A DNA stretch of 64,000 nucleotides from Planctomycetota bacterium (GTDB lineage: Bacteria > Planctomycetota > GCA-002687715 > CAIWVZ01), in assembly GCA_044222185.1 (NCBI GenBank), contig JBGANV010000003.1, positions 544,001-608,000 on the forward strand, written 5' to 3'. Of this stretch, positions 46,140-54,908 are shown piece by piece. Each line of letters opens with the position of its first letter. Position 1 is the stretch's first letter. The notes beneath the pieces were generated by a model, which made no database searches, was not told the DNA's origin, and saw only the letters and a program-made list of their open reading frames with translations. The translations under genes were made by a program, and so were the position numbers.

Positions 46140-46786
46140 TAGCCCGTTCGGGCGGGCTTGCTTCGGCGATGACACGACCGCTGCGCGGCCGGGAGCGGGC
46201 GGCCAGGCACACGGTCGGAAGCCCGGTTGGGCCCCCATGAACCCTGGCGATGAGCGCGGGCCTGCGTTGCACCCTCGGAACGCCCACCTGGCGGCGGGAC
46301 GGCATCACCCGGGCCCGTCGCTGACTCGCGGAGGTTGGTCTTGCGGCACCCCGCAGACCTGGGCGTCGCTCGACCTCACCGAGGACCGGTGGGGCGGGTC
46401 TGGTGTGCCTTGGATCGGAGCCCGCCCGGCATCGATACGGCCCACCGACGTCGCCCCAACCCTGAGAACGGGTCCCGGCAACCTCCCAGTGATCTGGATC
46501 CGGCCGCCATCCCAGGTTCGACCCGATCGGATCGGGAGCGGCGATCCGCCTCGGGCGCATCGACCGCTCGGCGGCCTCCATGGCGCCCTCACCCAAGAGC
46601 GAATCAACAGGTCTTCCACAATCGACTCCACTCCCTCGAGGCGACGGGCCTGACGGGTTCGCGCGATGACGACACGGACGGTCGAGACCGATCGGGTGGA
46701 CCGGTTCGACCCCGGCTGCGCGAAGGGCGATCCGAGCTGCGTTCCCTGCTCGACGGAGGTCGCTCGGCCCGGGCCGATTTTTTTTT
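46140..46786 (+). ncRNA. Candidate large structured non-coding RNA of unknown family (boundaries and strand tentative)
   Basis: No credible ORF; many nested helices; a cUUCGg tetraloop at 46161-46166; ends at a plus-strand hairpin followed by T9. Confidence 0.4.
46764..46786 (+). terminator. Intrinsic terminator candidate
   Basis: TCGGC-CCGG-GCCGA hairpin followed by nine T. Confidence 0.55.
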
Positions 46787-46887
46787 CTGGCACCGCCATG
46801 GTGGGTGCCGCGGACTCAGCGTCGTGCCATCGAACAGGTGCAACACATCGCGCGCGAGCGAGCCCGATCACACGTTTCCGTGTGGGC

Positions 46888-46924
46888 AAAAAAAAGAGGC
46901 CGCACCGATCACCGGCGCGGCCTT
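46888..46924 (-). terminator. Intrinsic terminator of the Lys-rich microprotein gene
   Basis: Minus strand reads AGGCCGCGCCG-GTGAT-CGGTGCGGCCT then C and a T run. Confidence 0.85.
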
Positions 46925-46958
46925 CATCGATTGCGTTTTCAGCAACCGAAGGGAGTGC

Positions 46959-47045
46959 TCACTTGGCTTTCTTAGCCTTCTTCGCACCCTTCTTCGCTGC
47001 CTTCTTGGCGCCTTTTTTCGCGCCCTTCTTCATTGCCTTGGCCAA
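46959..47045 (-). CDS. 28-aa Lys/Ala/Gly-rich histone-H1-tail-like microprotein (not in the ORF track)
   Basis: GGAGGT RBS, 6 nt, TTG start; MAKAMKKGAKKGAKKAAKKGAKKAKKAK*; own promoter and terminator. Confidence 0.8.
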   Translation of the reverse strand: MAKAMKKGAKKGAKKAAKKGAKKAKKAK

Positions 47046-47126
47046 GGTCCTACCTCCAGAAATGGAAGGTACTCGATAGTTGAAAAGGTCCCGTAACCTT
47101 TTTGTGCTCACAGTGAGCACGCCCAG

Positions 47127-47155
47127 AAGTTAATTCGACGCATCAAAAGATGCAA
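47127..47155 (-). promoter_or_regulatory. Candidate sigma70 promoter of the microprotein gene
   Basis: TTGCAT-N17-TAACTT in a conspicuously AT-rich stretch; overlapped by GCATC-N4-GATGC, with GCATC-N3-GATGC just upstream. Confidence 0.55.
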
Positions 47156-47281
47156 CAGGCATCAGAGATGCGCTCTTGATTTTTTTCGAACGCACGAGTC
47201 ACCGCACTGAAGAAGTTTTTCTTCAGTCACGCCGACTCGAGAGCGTCGCGAGCACCATCGCTGCGTCGCGCGACGACGCAT

Positions 47282-47749
47282 TCAACGCGCGGCGCGATCG
47301 CGCCAACGCTCGTTCGGAGTGATTCGACGACTGAGGTTCTGAAGGAAGATCGACGCGAGCGCGCCGTTGTTCTTCACAGCCGACCAATCGGCATCGTCGC
47401 GCTTCAGCGGTTGCTCTTCGTTGGTGTTCTCCTCGGTCTCCTGACTGCACTTCGGCTTCCACCCGTCGTCGTCCGTTCCCTCGTAGGTCACCTTCAGGCG
47501 CGCGCGACGGCCCGTGTGCGAGATCGGCGAGAGGTTGACGTTCCACTCCGTCTCGATGGTCTTCGTGGTCCGGTCCTGGGTCGCAAGCTGCCACCCGCCG
47601 TCCTTCAGCTCATCGATGGACGACTGCCAGATGAAGTCGAACGGGACCTTGAACGCGTCCGGGCTCGCCTTCTCCTCGGGTTCGGGAGTGTTGCAACCAA
47701 GCCCGAGGACGAGGAAAAGGAACAGGGGAGCTGTGCGGGAGATCGGCAT
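47282..47749 (-). CDS. Lipoprotein, possibly with a BamC-like helix-grip domain
   Basis: ATG 47749; MPISRTAPLFLFLVLGLG-C lipobox; QDRTTKTIETEW segment. Confidence 0.65.
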   Translation of the reverse strand: MPISRTAPLFLFLVLGLGCNTPEPEEKASPDAFKVPFDFIWQSSIDELKDGGWQLATQDRTTKTIETEWNVNLSPISHTGRRARLKVTYEGTDDDGWKPKCSQETEENTNEEQPLKRDDADWSAVKNNGALASIFLQNLSRRITPNERWRDRAAR

Positions 47750-47811
47750 GTGTGGTTCTCCGACCCGGTGGATGGGCGAACCAATTGGTCCGGCCCAGGG
47801 CTCCGGGGACG

Positions 47812-49143
47812 TCAGGTGTCTTCGAACATCGACTCGCGCTTGCGGAACGAGATCCGCAGGGGGATCTCGTGGAAGCCGAAGGCCTCCCGGAACCGGTTCT
47901 CGAGGAACCGCCGGAAGTCGTCCTTGAAGGCCTCGGGCTCGTTCACGAAGAGGACGAACCACGGCGGGAAGACCCCAACCTGGGTTCCATAGAAGATCTT
48001 GGGGTACTTGCCTCGTGAGAGGCGCGGACCGCGGACCTCTGCGGCCTTCTTGATGACCTTGTTGACGTCGGGGGTCGGCACGCGGGTACCAGCCTGCTGG
48101 TAGAGGTCGAACGCGACGTCGATGAGCTCGTCCACCCGCTCACGCTCCTTGGCCGAGATGAACACCACTGGCGCGTAGTGGAGCAGCGGCAGCCGCGTGA
48201 CGAGATACTTCATGTACTTCTCGGTGTCGATCTCGTGGGCGAGATCCCACTTGTTGATCGCGATCACGCACGGCTTGCGGTTGCTCAGGATCCAGTCGGC
48301 GACCATCTTGTCGACCTGGGAGACCTCCTTCGTCGCGTCGATGAGCATGATCACGACGTCGGCGCGCTCGACGGCCTCGTGGCTGCGAACCTGGCTGTAG
48401 AACTCGATCGAGTCCGCCAGCTTGTTCTCCTTGCGCGCCCCGGCGGTGTCGATGGCGATGAACGTCCTCTTCCCCATCGTCACGCGAACGTCGACCGAGT
48501 CCCGCGTCGTCCCGGGGATCTCGCTGACGATCACGCGCTCCTCGCCGAGGATCGCGTTCATCAGGGTGCTCTTCCCCGAGTTGCGCTGCCCGACCATGGC
48601 GAGCTTGAGCTCCTCGCTCGGTTCCTCGTCCTCGCCGTCCATCCGCGGGGGCAGGATCGACAGGATCGCGTCCTTCAACGCCTCGATGCCGACGCCGAAG
48701 CGCGCGGCGATGTGGAGTGGCGTCCCGAGGCCGAGTTGGCAGAAGTCGTTCGCGTCGCCCTCGAATCTCTCGTGATCCACCTTGTTCGCCACGAGGAGGA
48801 TCGGCTTGCCGGCCTTGCGGAGGAACGACGCGGCCTTGCGATCGAGCTCCGTCAGCCCCTCCTGTGCGTCCAGGAGAAAGATCACCACCTGGCACGCGAA
48901 GACCGCGGCGTTGATCTGTTGTTCGACGTGAGCTTCGAGGTCGGCACGGTCGACGATCCCGATCCCGCCAGTGTCGATGATGTCGAAGGACCGCCCCTCG
49001 TGCGCGACGGTGGCAGCTACACGATCGCGCGTGACGCCCGGGGTCGGGTCCACGATCGAAATGCGCTTGCCGACGAGGGCATTCAGGAGAGAGGACTTGC
49101 CGACGTTGGGACGGCCCACGATGGCGACGGAAGGGCGGTTCAT
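47812..49143 (-). CDS. der: Ribosome biogenesis GTPase Der (EngA)
   Basis: Two G domains: GRPNVGKS/GVTRD/DTGG/NKVD and GQRNSGKS/GTTRD/DTAG/NKWD; KH-like tail. Confidence 0.97.
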   Translation of the reverse strand: MNRPSVAIVGRPNVGKSSLLNALVGKRISIVDPTPGVTRDRVAATVAHEGRSFDIIDTGGIGIVDRADLEAHVEQQINAAVFACQVVIFLLDAQEGLTELDRKAASFLRKAGKPILLVANKVDHERFEGDANDFCQLGLGTPLHIAARFGVGIEALKDAILSILPPRMDGEDEEPSEELKLAMVGQRNSGKSTLMNAILGEERVIVSEIPGTTRDSVDVRVTMGKRTFIAIDTAGARKENKLADSIEFYSQVRSHEAVERADVVIMLIDATKEVSQVDKMVADWILSNRKPCVIAINKWDLAHEIDTEKYMKYLVTRLPLLHYAPVVFISAKERERVDELIDVAFDLYQQAGTRVPTPDVNKVIKKAAEVRGPRLSRGKYPKIFYGTQVGVFPPWFVLFVNEPEAFKDDFRRFLENRFREAFGFHEIPLRISFRKRESMFEDT

Positions 49144-49931
49144 AGCTGTCCCATGAGCCTGTGCACCTGCGGCACGACGCGCACGTGGCGATGAACTTTC
49201 AACGCCGCGGCCTGGAGCGTGAGCGCCTTCTGCGCAGATGGGCTACGTCGCACGCTACCGAACGGCGACACCGGTTGCAGGATGAGCGGAACGTCCGGAC
49301 GCAGTTCGGCGACGGCCCTCGCCGCCTCCAGGACCTCGTCGATGGACGTCTCCTCGACGTATACCGCCTTCACGTAGCATTCGATCCCGCCAGAGGCGCC
49401 GAGGATCGCGCGGTGCGCATCGGCAAGGCACGGCTCACCGGTCGCCGAGGCCAGTTTCCAGTCCATGCTGAGCACGTCGACGACGTCCCGGACGCATTCG
49501 AAGGCCGCAGGGAGATTCGCATCGGTCTCGAGCAGGACGGCGACGCCGCGGCGGTGGATCTCCGGGACCGTGGCGAGGATCGCTTCCGGCTGAAGCAGGG
49601 GTTCACCCCCCGTGAAGGACACGGCGGAGTGAGGCACGCCCGCGTCGAGCCGCTCGCCGATCAACGCGGAGAGATCGGAGAACGCGACAGGGTTCGCACG
49701 CCGTTCGAATCTCCGCTCTCCCGGCGCGAGTTCGAGCCGGAACTCGGGCAGCTCGACGTGGCACGACGGTGTGTCGCAGTAGACGCATCGCATGTCGCAA
49801 TGCATGAACCGGACGAAGAGGTGACGCTCCCCGACGCGCGTACCCTCGCCCTGGATGGCCGAGAACATCTCGACCAGATCGGCGGCGCCAGCAGAGGCCG
49901 CCCGCGCCAGTCTTTCCGGAAACCACGTCAT
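49140..49931 (-). CDS. queE: 7-carboxy-7-deazaguanine synthase (radical SAM)
   Basis: EMFSAIQGEG, FVRFMHCDMRCVYCDT, TGGEPLLQ, LQPVSP, VRVVPQVHRL. Confidence 0.88.
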   Translation of the reverse strand: MTWFPERLARAASAGAADLVEMFSAIQGEGTRVGERHLFVRFMHCDMRCVYCDTPSCHVELPEFRLELAPGERRFERRANPVAFSDLSALIGERLDAGVPHSAVSFTGGEPLLQPEAILATVPEIHRRGVAVLLETDANLPAAFECVRDVVDVLSMDWKLASATGEPCLADAHRAILGASGGIECYVKAVYVEETSIDEVLEAARAVAELRPDVPLILQPVSPFGSVRRSPSAQKALTLQAAALKVHRHVRVVPQVHRLMGQL

Positions 49932-50046
49932 GGGCGGAGCGCCGGGCCGGGAATGCCGGTGGCTTGGCCACCGGACCCGAAGGAGTTGGATGCGCGCCGG
50001 ATGGCGGAGGCGGCGTCAGCGCCGCTCCGAGGCGACCCGCACGCGA

Positions 50047-50358
50047 TCACTTCTTGGCCGGAGCGGCCTTCTTGTCGGCAGCCGGTGCCGCAGCCTTCGC
50101 TGCCGGGGCCGCTGCGCCCTTCGCGGCGGCCGCACCTGCAGCCGCCGGTGCCGCTGCCGCGCCTTCCTCGGCCTTCTTCTCCTTGACCTTCACCCGCTTC
50201 ATCGTCTTCTCGACGCGGGTCTTCGGGAGGCCGAGAACGCTGCCATCGCTGCGCAGGCGCCCTTCGCGCTTGAGGATCTCGAGACGCTCCGTCCGGGTGT
50301 AGACGTTGCGGGACCGGGACATCGCCAGCTTGGAAACGAGGCTCTTGTCGACGCTCAT
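50047..50358 (-). CDS. PVC superphylum signature small basic protein with an Ala/Lys/Pro-rich tail
   Basis: GGAG RBS, ATG 50358; MSVDKSL..RSRNVYTRTERLEILKREGR..SVLGLPKTRV. Confidence 0.85.
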   Translation of the reverse strand: MSVDKSLVSKLAMSRSRNVYTRTERLEILKREGRLRSDGSVLGLPKTRVEKTMKRVKVKEKKAEEGAAAAPAAAGAAAAKGAAAPAAKAAAPAADKKAAPAKK

Positions 50359-50384
50359 GTCAATCAGCTCCAGGCGTGCCGCCG

Positions 50385-50984
50385 TCAGCGTTTCTCGGGC
50401 TTCGTGGGGTACGCGCTCTTGAAGGGTTTCGAATTGCGCGGGTACTCGACCTTGACCAGCTTCTCCCGAAGCGGTTCCAGGTCCTTGCGGTTCCGCGCGG
50501 CCCCGACGTACACGCACCACTTCCCTGCGACCTCGTTCGGCTTTCGGTCCTCTTTCAGAACCTTCACGGCGAACGGGTCACGGAAATCGGGGTCGGGAAG
50601 GCTATCAAGGAAACCGAGGATATCTTCCGCCTGCTCCCGGGCCTTCTTGAGGGATCGTTCGTTGGTGAACGCGAAGCTGCACGCGAGGAGCGCGTAATCG
50701 CCGTTGTTGGCCGCGGGCTCCTGCTGCGCTCCGCCGTCCGCGCCGACGGCGTTGGTCTGAAGAAGAGGGGCCGAGCCGCCGTCGTTCTTCTGGCCCCGTC
50801 CGGAGAATTTCCAGTACATCGCCCCGGCGAAGATCACGCCGACGACGAGGATCACCGCCACGAGACCGGCGGCGTTGTCGCGGATGGACGACAGCCCGTC
50901 CAACGGACGGGCCGCGGAACGGCGCGCGGCCGAGCCGCGCTCACCGAGCACTTCGAAGAGAATCGGACGTCGGTTGGTGGTCAT
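50385..50984 (-). CDS. Single-pass membrane protein, possibly with a SPOR-like periplasmic domain
   Basis: ATG 50984 (MTTNRRPILFEV); TM helix GLVAVILVVGVIFAGAMYW; WCVYVG strand; ends FKSAYP. Confidence 0.6.
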   Translation of the reverse strand: MTTNRRPILFEVLGERGSAARRSAARPLDGLSSIRDNAAGLVAVILVVGVIFAGAMYWKFSGRGQKNDGGSAPLLQTNAVGADGGAQQEPAANNGDYALLACSFAFTNERSLKKAREQAEDILGFLDSLPDPDFRDPFAVKVLKEDRKPNEVAGKWCVYVGAARNRKDLEPLREKLVKVEYPRNSKPFKSAYPTKPEKR

Positions 50985-51204
50985 GGGGGCAGTTCCCTCC
51001 CCGAGGAACGGCCGGCTTCCTCGCTCGTGAACCGACCGGCCGGGCACCCGCCCACACCGACCTGCGCACCCGCTGAGGAGCGTGCACGTTATCTCGGGTC
51101 TCCCGGAGGCGTCAACGGGCACCCGTGCGCGCGCGCGATCTCCTGGGAATGTCGGCCGTTTGGCGACGCCGGATGCAGAAAACGGCGGGACGGCCCGCGC
51201 CAGG

Positions 51205-52188
51205 TCAGCCCGATCGGGCCCGTTTCCGCAACATGGTGAGCGCCAGGTCGAGCGCGGCCACCATGGATCGGGGGTCGGCGACGCCTCGTCCGGCGATGTC
51301 GAACGCGGTCCCGTGATCGACGGAGGTCCGCACGATCGGCAGGCCGAGGGTGACGTTCACGGCGTCGTGGAACGCGAGGAGCTTGACCGGGATCAACCCC
51401 TGATCGTGGTGCATCGCCACGATGACGTCGCTTCGACCTTGGAAACCGGAACGGAAATACGAGTCAGCCGGGAACGGGCCCTCGATCGCAGTGCCCTCGC
51501 CGGCGAGCTTCCGGATCACGGGGATCAGGACATCGACCTCCTCCCGGCCGATGTGCCCGTCCTCCCCTGCATGCGGGTTGACGCCGAGGACGTGGATGCG
51601 GGGTCGTCGCAGGCCGAACCAGCGTTCGAGATCGCTCGCGACGACGCGGATCGTCGCCGCCAGCGACTCCTCGCAGATCAGGGTCGCGACGTCCTTCAGC
51701 GGCGTGTGGACCGTCGCGAGGGCGACCCGGAAATCCGGAGCCACGAAGAGCATGACCGGGTCCGCGACTCCGCACGCCCGGGCCACGTACCCCGTGTGGC
51801 CGTCGAACGCGACGCCGGAGGCGACCACGGCAGCCTTGCTGACGGGCGCCGTCACGAGAGCACGTTGCATCGGGTTCGCGCGGACGCGGGACAGCGCTCC
51901 ATCGATCGCCGCGAGCGCCGCGGCACCCCCGTAGGCCGACGGTGGCGGACCTGGCGTGAGTCGCGGCGTGGCCGTCGGAAGCACCCAGAGGCCGGGAGCG
52001 GCCGTCGCGGGATCAGCCGCGACGACTGGCAGCGCCGCCAGTGCTGGATCGGCGGGATCGCCGCAAAGGACGCACGCGACCTTCGGATCGCGCGCCACGA
52101 GATGGCGCGCCGCGGCGATGCTGACCTCCGGGCCGATGCCTTGCGGGTCCCCCGTCGACACGACCAGTTCGAGGACCACCGACGTCAA
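51205..52188 (-). CDS. pdxA: 4-hydroxythreonine-4-phosphate dehydrogenase
   Basis: TGDPQGIGPE, LVTAPVSK, GHT, NPHAGE, GPFPADS, HDQGLIPVK, RTSVDHGTAFDIAG; TTG start overlaps the upstream stop. Confidence 0.95.
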   Translation of the reverse strand: MTSVVLELVVSTGDPQGIGPEVSIAAARHLVARDPKVACVLCGDPADPALAALPVVAADPATAAPGLWVLPTATPRLTPGPPPSAYGGAAALAAIDGALSRVRANPMQRALVTAPVSKAAVVASGVAFDGHTGYVARACGVADPVMLFVAPDFRVALATVHTPLKDVATLICEESLAATIRVVASDLERWFGLRRPRIHVLGVNPHAGEDGHIGREEVDVLIPVIRKLAGEGTAIEGPFPADSYFRSGFQGRSDVIVAMHHDQGLIPVKLLAFHDAVNVTLGLPIVRTSVDHGTAFDIAGRGVADPRSMVAALDLALTMLRKRARSG

Positions 52189-54908
52189 CGCGTCTCTCCC
52201 CGCCACAGTCGCTTCAGGACGACGTCGAGCACGAACAACGCGGGCAGTGCCACGAGCCATCCGAATCCCACGGGCTCACGGGTCTCCCGGGTCTCGCGAG
52301 CCACGTCGAACGTGTCGGGAGTGACCGGGACGAACGTGCCGCCGATCCTCGCCGCGAGGGTCTTCAGGCCGTCCAGCCGCAGCCCTCGCTCGGCGATCTC
52401 CGGCGCGGGCGCGACCGCGGCGCCGCCGGCGCCGTCGCCCGGCTCGCCGCGGACGCTCACCCGAGCCTCGAGCCATGCGATGGGTTCCTGTGGCGGGAGC
52501 GCCACCTGGATGCGGCCGGGAGAGAGAGTCTCGATCGGCATGGTGAGCACGCGCCCGCGCTGGTCACGAAGCTCGTAGTCGAGCGCAGGCCACACCGCGC
52601 CGTTGGACTCCACGTCGGTCACCTCGACGGTCACGAGCCGCCCGTGAGCCGTCGCGGTCACGAGCAAGCGCTGTGGACGCCTGGAAGGCATGAGGAACCG
52701 CGCGATCTGGCCCACCAGATTCGCGTAGTCGTCCCACTGCAGGAACGGCCCGGAGGCCACTCCTTCGAACGGCACCGTCGTAGCGACGATGCGGCCAAAG
52801 CCCAGGTAGGTGTGCACGACGAGGGGGTCGCCACCGTCGGTCGCGAGCGAAATCCACGCGGACGGCGTCGCGTCCGCACGCTGCCAATCGAGCACGCCCT
52901 GACAGTTCTCGGGGTGGACACCCTTCAGATAGGCAGCAGGCCATCGGGCCATGACGGGCGTCGTCTTGCGCGGCGCCTCTTCCGCCGGGTCCGGCTTGTG
53001 CGGCGGATCCTTCGTCTGCGGATTGGGCGGCTGCGGCCCCGGCTTCTCGTCCTTGGTCGTGTCGTCGCGAACCTCGATGCGGCGACGCGCACCGTACTGA
53101 GTCACCACGCGCTCCGCTTCCACGGTGATCACCTGTGGAATCTCCTCGGCCGAATAGGCCGGCTGGTACTTCCCCCGCCCGCGCGCCGCGAGTTCGGAGA
53201 GGACGTCGAAGCGGGCTTCGGTGCCGATCCCGACGGTGGAGAGCGTCACTCCCTCCCGCACGAGTGCATCCACGCGATCGAAGAGTTTCCCCGGACGGCT
53301 CTCACCGTCCGAAAGCAGCACGCAGTGTTTGATCTTGAGCTTCATCGCTCCGAAGATCCCGCGCGCCTCGTCGAGCGCTGGGCCGAAGTCGGTGCCGCCG
53401 CCAGCCTGGATGCGACCGATGCGGTCGACGACCTCGGCACGATCGCCTGCCGGGCACATGGGCAGGACTTCGATCGGCGTGTCGTTGAAGGCCACGACGC
53501 CGATCTTGTCCTCGGGGTGGAGGACTTCCGCTGCCGCGACGGCCGCCTGCTTGGCGAGGCGCAGCTTCTGGCCCTTCATGCTCCCACTGCAGTCGATGAG
53601 GAGCAGCAGCCCCAGCGTCGGCGCTTCACGCTTCTCCGTCTTCTTCTTGTCCGGCTCGGGCGGCTTCACGCCTTCGCCATCCGGCGGCAGTTGCGGCGGA
53701 GGCTCCTCCGGTTTCTCGGGCGCCAGCGGCCTGCCGATCAGCGGGAGGAGCCCGAGAAACGCACGCCCCTCGGCAGCGACGAGTTCGCCGCGGCGCTCGC
53801 TCGGCAGGTACATGAGCCCGCCGCCGCGCTGCACGAAGTTCGAGATGCGGGACATGACGGCGGCGGACGAGAGATCGTCGACCGGAACGCGATCGACGAC
53901 CAGCACGCCTGCACGATCCACGATCTCCGGGTGCGTGATCAATTCACTGGACCTGACGACCTCGACCGGAAGTTCCTGCGCATGAAGCGCGGAGGCGAGC
54001 AACGACCGGCCATCCGGCGCGGCGACGACGATGCCCGGCCTCTCTGGCACGTCGACAACGACACCGCCGTGATCGTCCAGCGGCTCGTCGTCGCCCGAGT
54101 CCAGCCACACTCCCACGACGTGCCGCCCTGGCGTGGCCAACGGGAGCGGTGCCACCAGTTCGAACTCCCCCGCGGAGACGTTCACGGGGAGCGCTCGCGC
54201 CTCGATCCCGTCGACGATCACGTGCAGCGTGCCGGCCGACGTCTCGCTCGACGCACCGCGGACGACGATCGACCAGGCATCCGACTCGCCGCCCTCGGAC
54301 TTCGCGAGGGTTTCGAGGACCCTCGCGTTCCGACCGCCGTTCGCTTCCATCGACAGGACGACGGGTTTCGCGTGCGGCCAGAAGTCCAGGCCCTCCGCCG
54401 GATCGACGACCGCCCCATCCGTGAAGACGACGATGCGGTCACGTGCCGAGCGGGCGCCGAGCACGCGCGCGAGATCGAGCGCTGGCGAGGGATCGGAGGA
54501 CAGGTCACCACCGCGTCCGGAAGGGCGCGACGCGGGCGCGTCCGGATGCCAGTCCGCGACGATCCGCGCTCGCTCCCCGAACGCGATCACGCGAGCCGGT
54601 GAGCCCGCGGCGCGGGCCCATGACTCGACGCGGTCGAGCGCCGCATCGCGAGCTCGATCCGGGACGCTGCGGGACCAATCGACGACCGCCAGGATCCCGC
54701 CCGTCAGCGTCTCCCGCTTGGAATGGACGGGCTCCGCAAGTGCGACGACGATGAGCGAGAGCATCGCGCTCCGCACGATCAATGAGGCGATGCTTGCGGG
54801 CCAGGGCCTTCGCCGCGCACGTAACGCGAGCGCCGCGCCGAGGATCACGGGGATCGCCGCGATCCACCACAATCGCTCCGGTCGCGCGAACTCGATCCCC
54901 AGGATCAC
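52185..54908 (-). CDS. Membrane-anchored vWA-domain protein (BatA-like N-terminus, two vWA-like domains, GATase-like segments)
   Basis: FARPERLW, ALAEP, VVDWSRS..FTDG, LLIDCSGSM (MIDAS), GGGTD, LLSDGE, C-terminal TM. Confidence 0.85.
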   Translation of the reverse strand: MILGIEFARPERLWWIAAIPVILGAALALRARRRPWPASIASLIVRSAMLSLIVVALAEPVHSKRETLTGGILAVVDWSRSVPDRARDAALDRVESWARAAGSPARVIAFGERARIVADWHPDAPASRPSGRGGDLSSDPSPALDLARVLGARSARDRIVVFTDGAVVDPAEGLDFWPHAKPVVLSMEANGGRNARVLETLAKSEGGESDAWSIVVRGASSETSAGTLHVIVDGIEARALPVNVSAGEFELVAPLPLATPGRHVVGVWLDSGDDEPLDDHGGVVVDVPERPGIVVAAPDGRSLLASALHAQELPVEVVRSSELITHPEIVDRAGVLVVDRVPVDDLSSAAVMSRISNFVQRGGGLMYLPSERRGELVAAEGRAFLGLLPLIGRPLAPEKPEEPPPQLPPDGEGVKPPEPDKKKTEKREAPTLGLLLLIDCSGSMKGQKLRLAKQAAVAAAEVLHPEDKIGVVAFNDTPIEVLPMCPAGDRAEVVDRIGRIQAGGGTDFGPALDEARGIFGAMKLKIKHCVLLSDGESRPGKLFDRVDALVREGVTLSTVGIGTEARFDVLSELAARGRGKYQPAYSAEEIPQVITVEAERVVTQYGARRRIEVRDDTTKDEKPGPQPPNPQTKDPPHKPDPAEEAPRKTTPVMARWPAAYLKGVHPENCQGVLDWQRADATPSAWISLATDGGDPLVVHTYLGFGRIVATTVPFEGVASGPFLQWDDYANLVGQIARFLMPSRRPQRLLVTATAHGRLVTVEVTDVESNGAVWPALDYELRDQRGRVLTMPIETLSPGRIQVALPPQEPIAWLEARVSVRGEPGDGAGGAAVAPAPEIAERGLRLDGLKTLAARIGGTFVPVTPDTFDVARETRETREPVGFGWLVALPALFVLDVVLKRLWRGETR

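Noticed and set aside
46237-46653. 138-aa ORF and overlapping minus-strand ORFs in the intergenic gap
   Set aside because: No clear RBS, no recognisable motif, and composition like shadow ORFs.
46695-46720. tRNA suggested by CCGG-TTCGACC-CCGG
   Set aside because: No acceptor stem, D arm or anticodon arm could be built around it.
46140-46786. Identification as tmRNA, RNase P, SRP, 6S or a cobalamin riboswitch
   Set aside because: Hallmark strings (GAGGAAAGTCC, GGAAGGAAGCAGC, tRNA-like ends with CCA, TTGAACC..GGTTCAA) were not found on either strand by eye. A covariance-model search is still needed.
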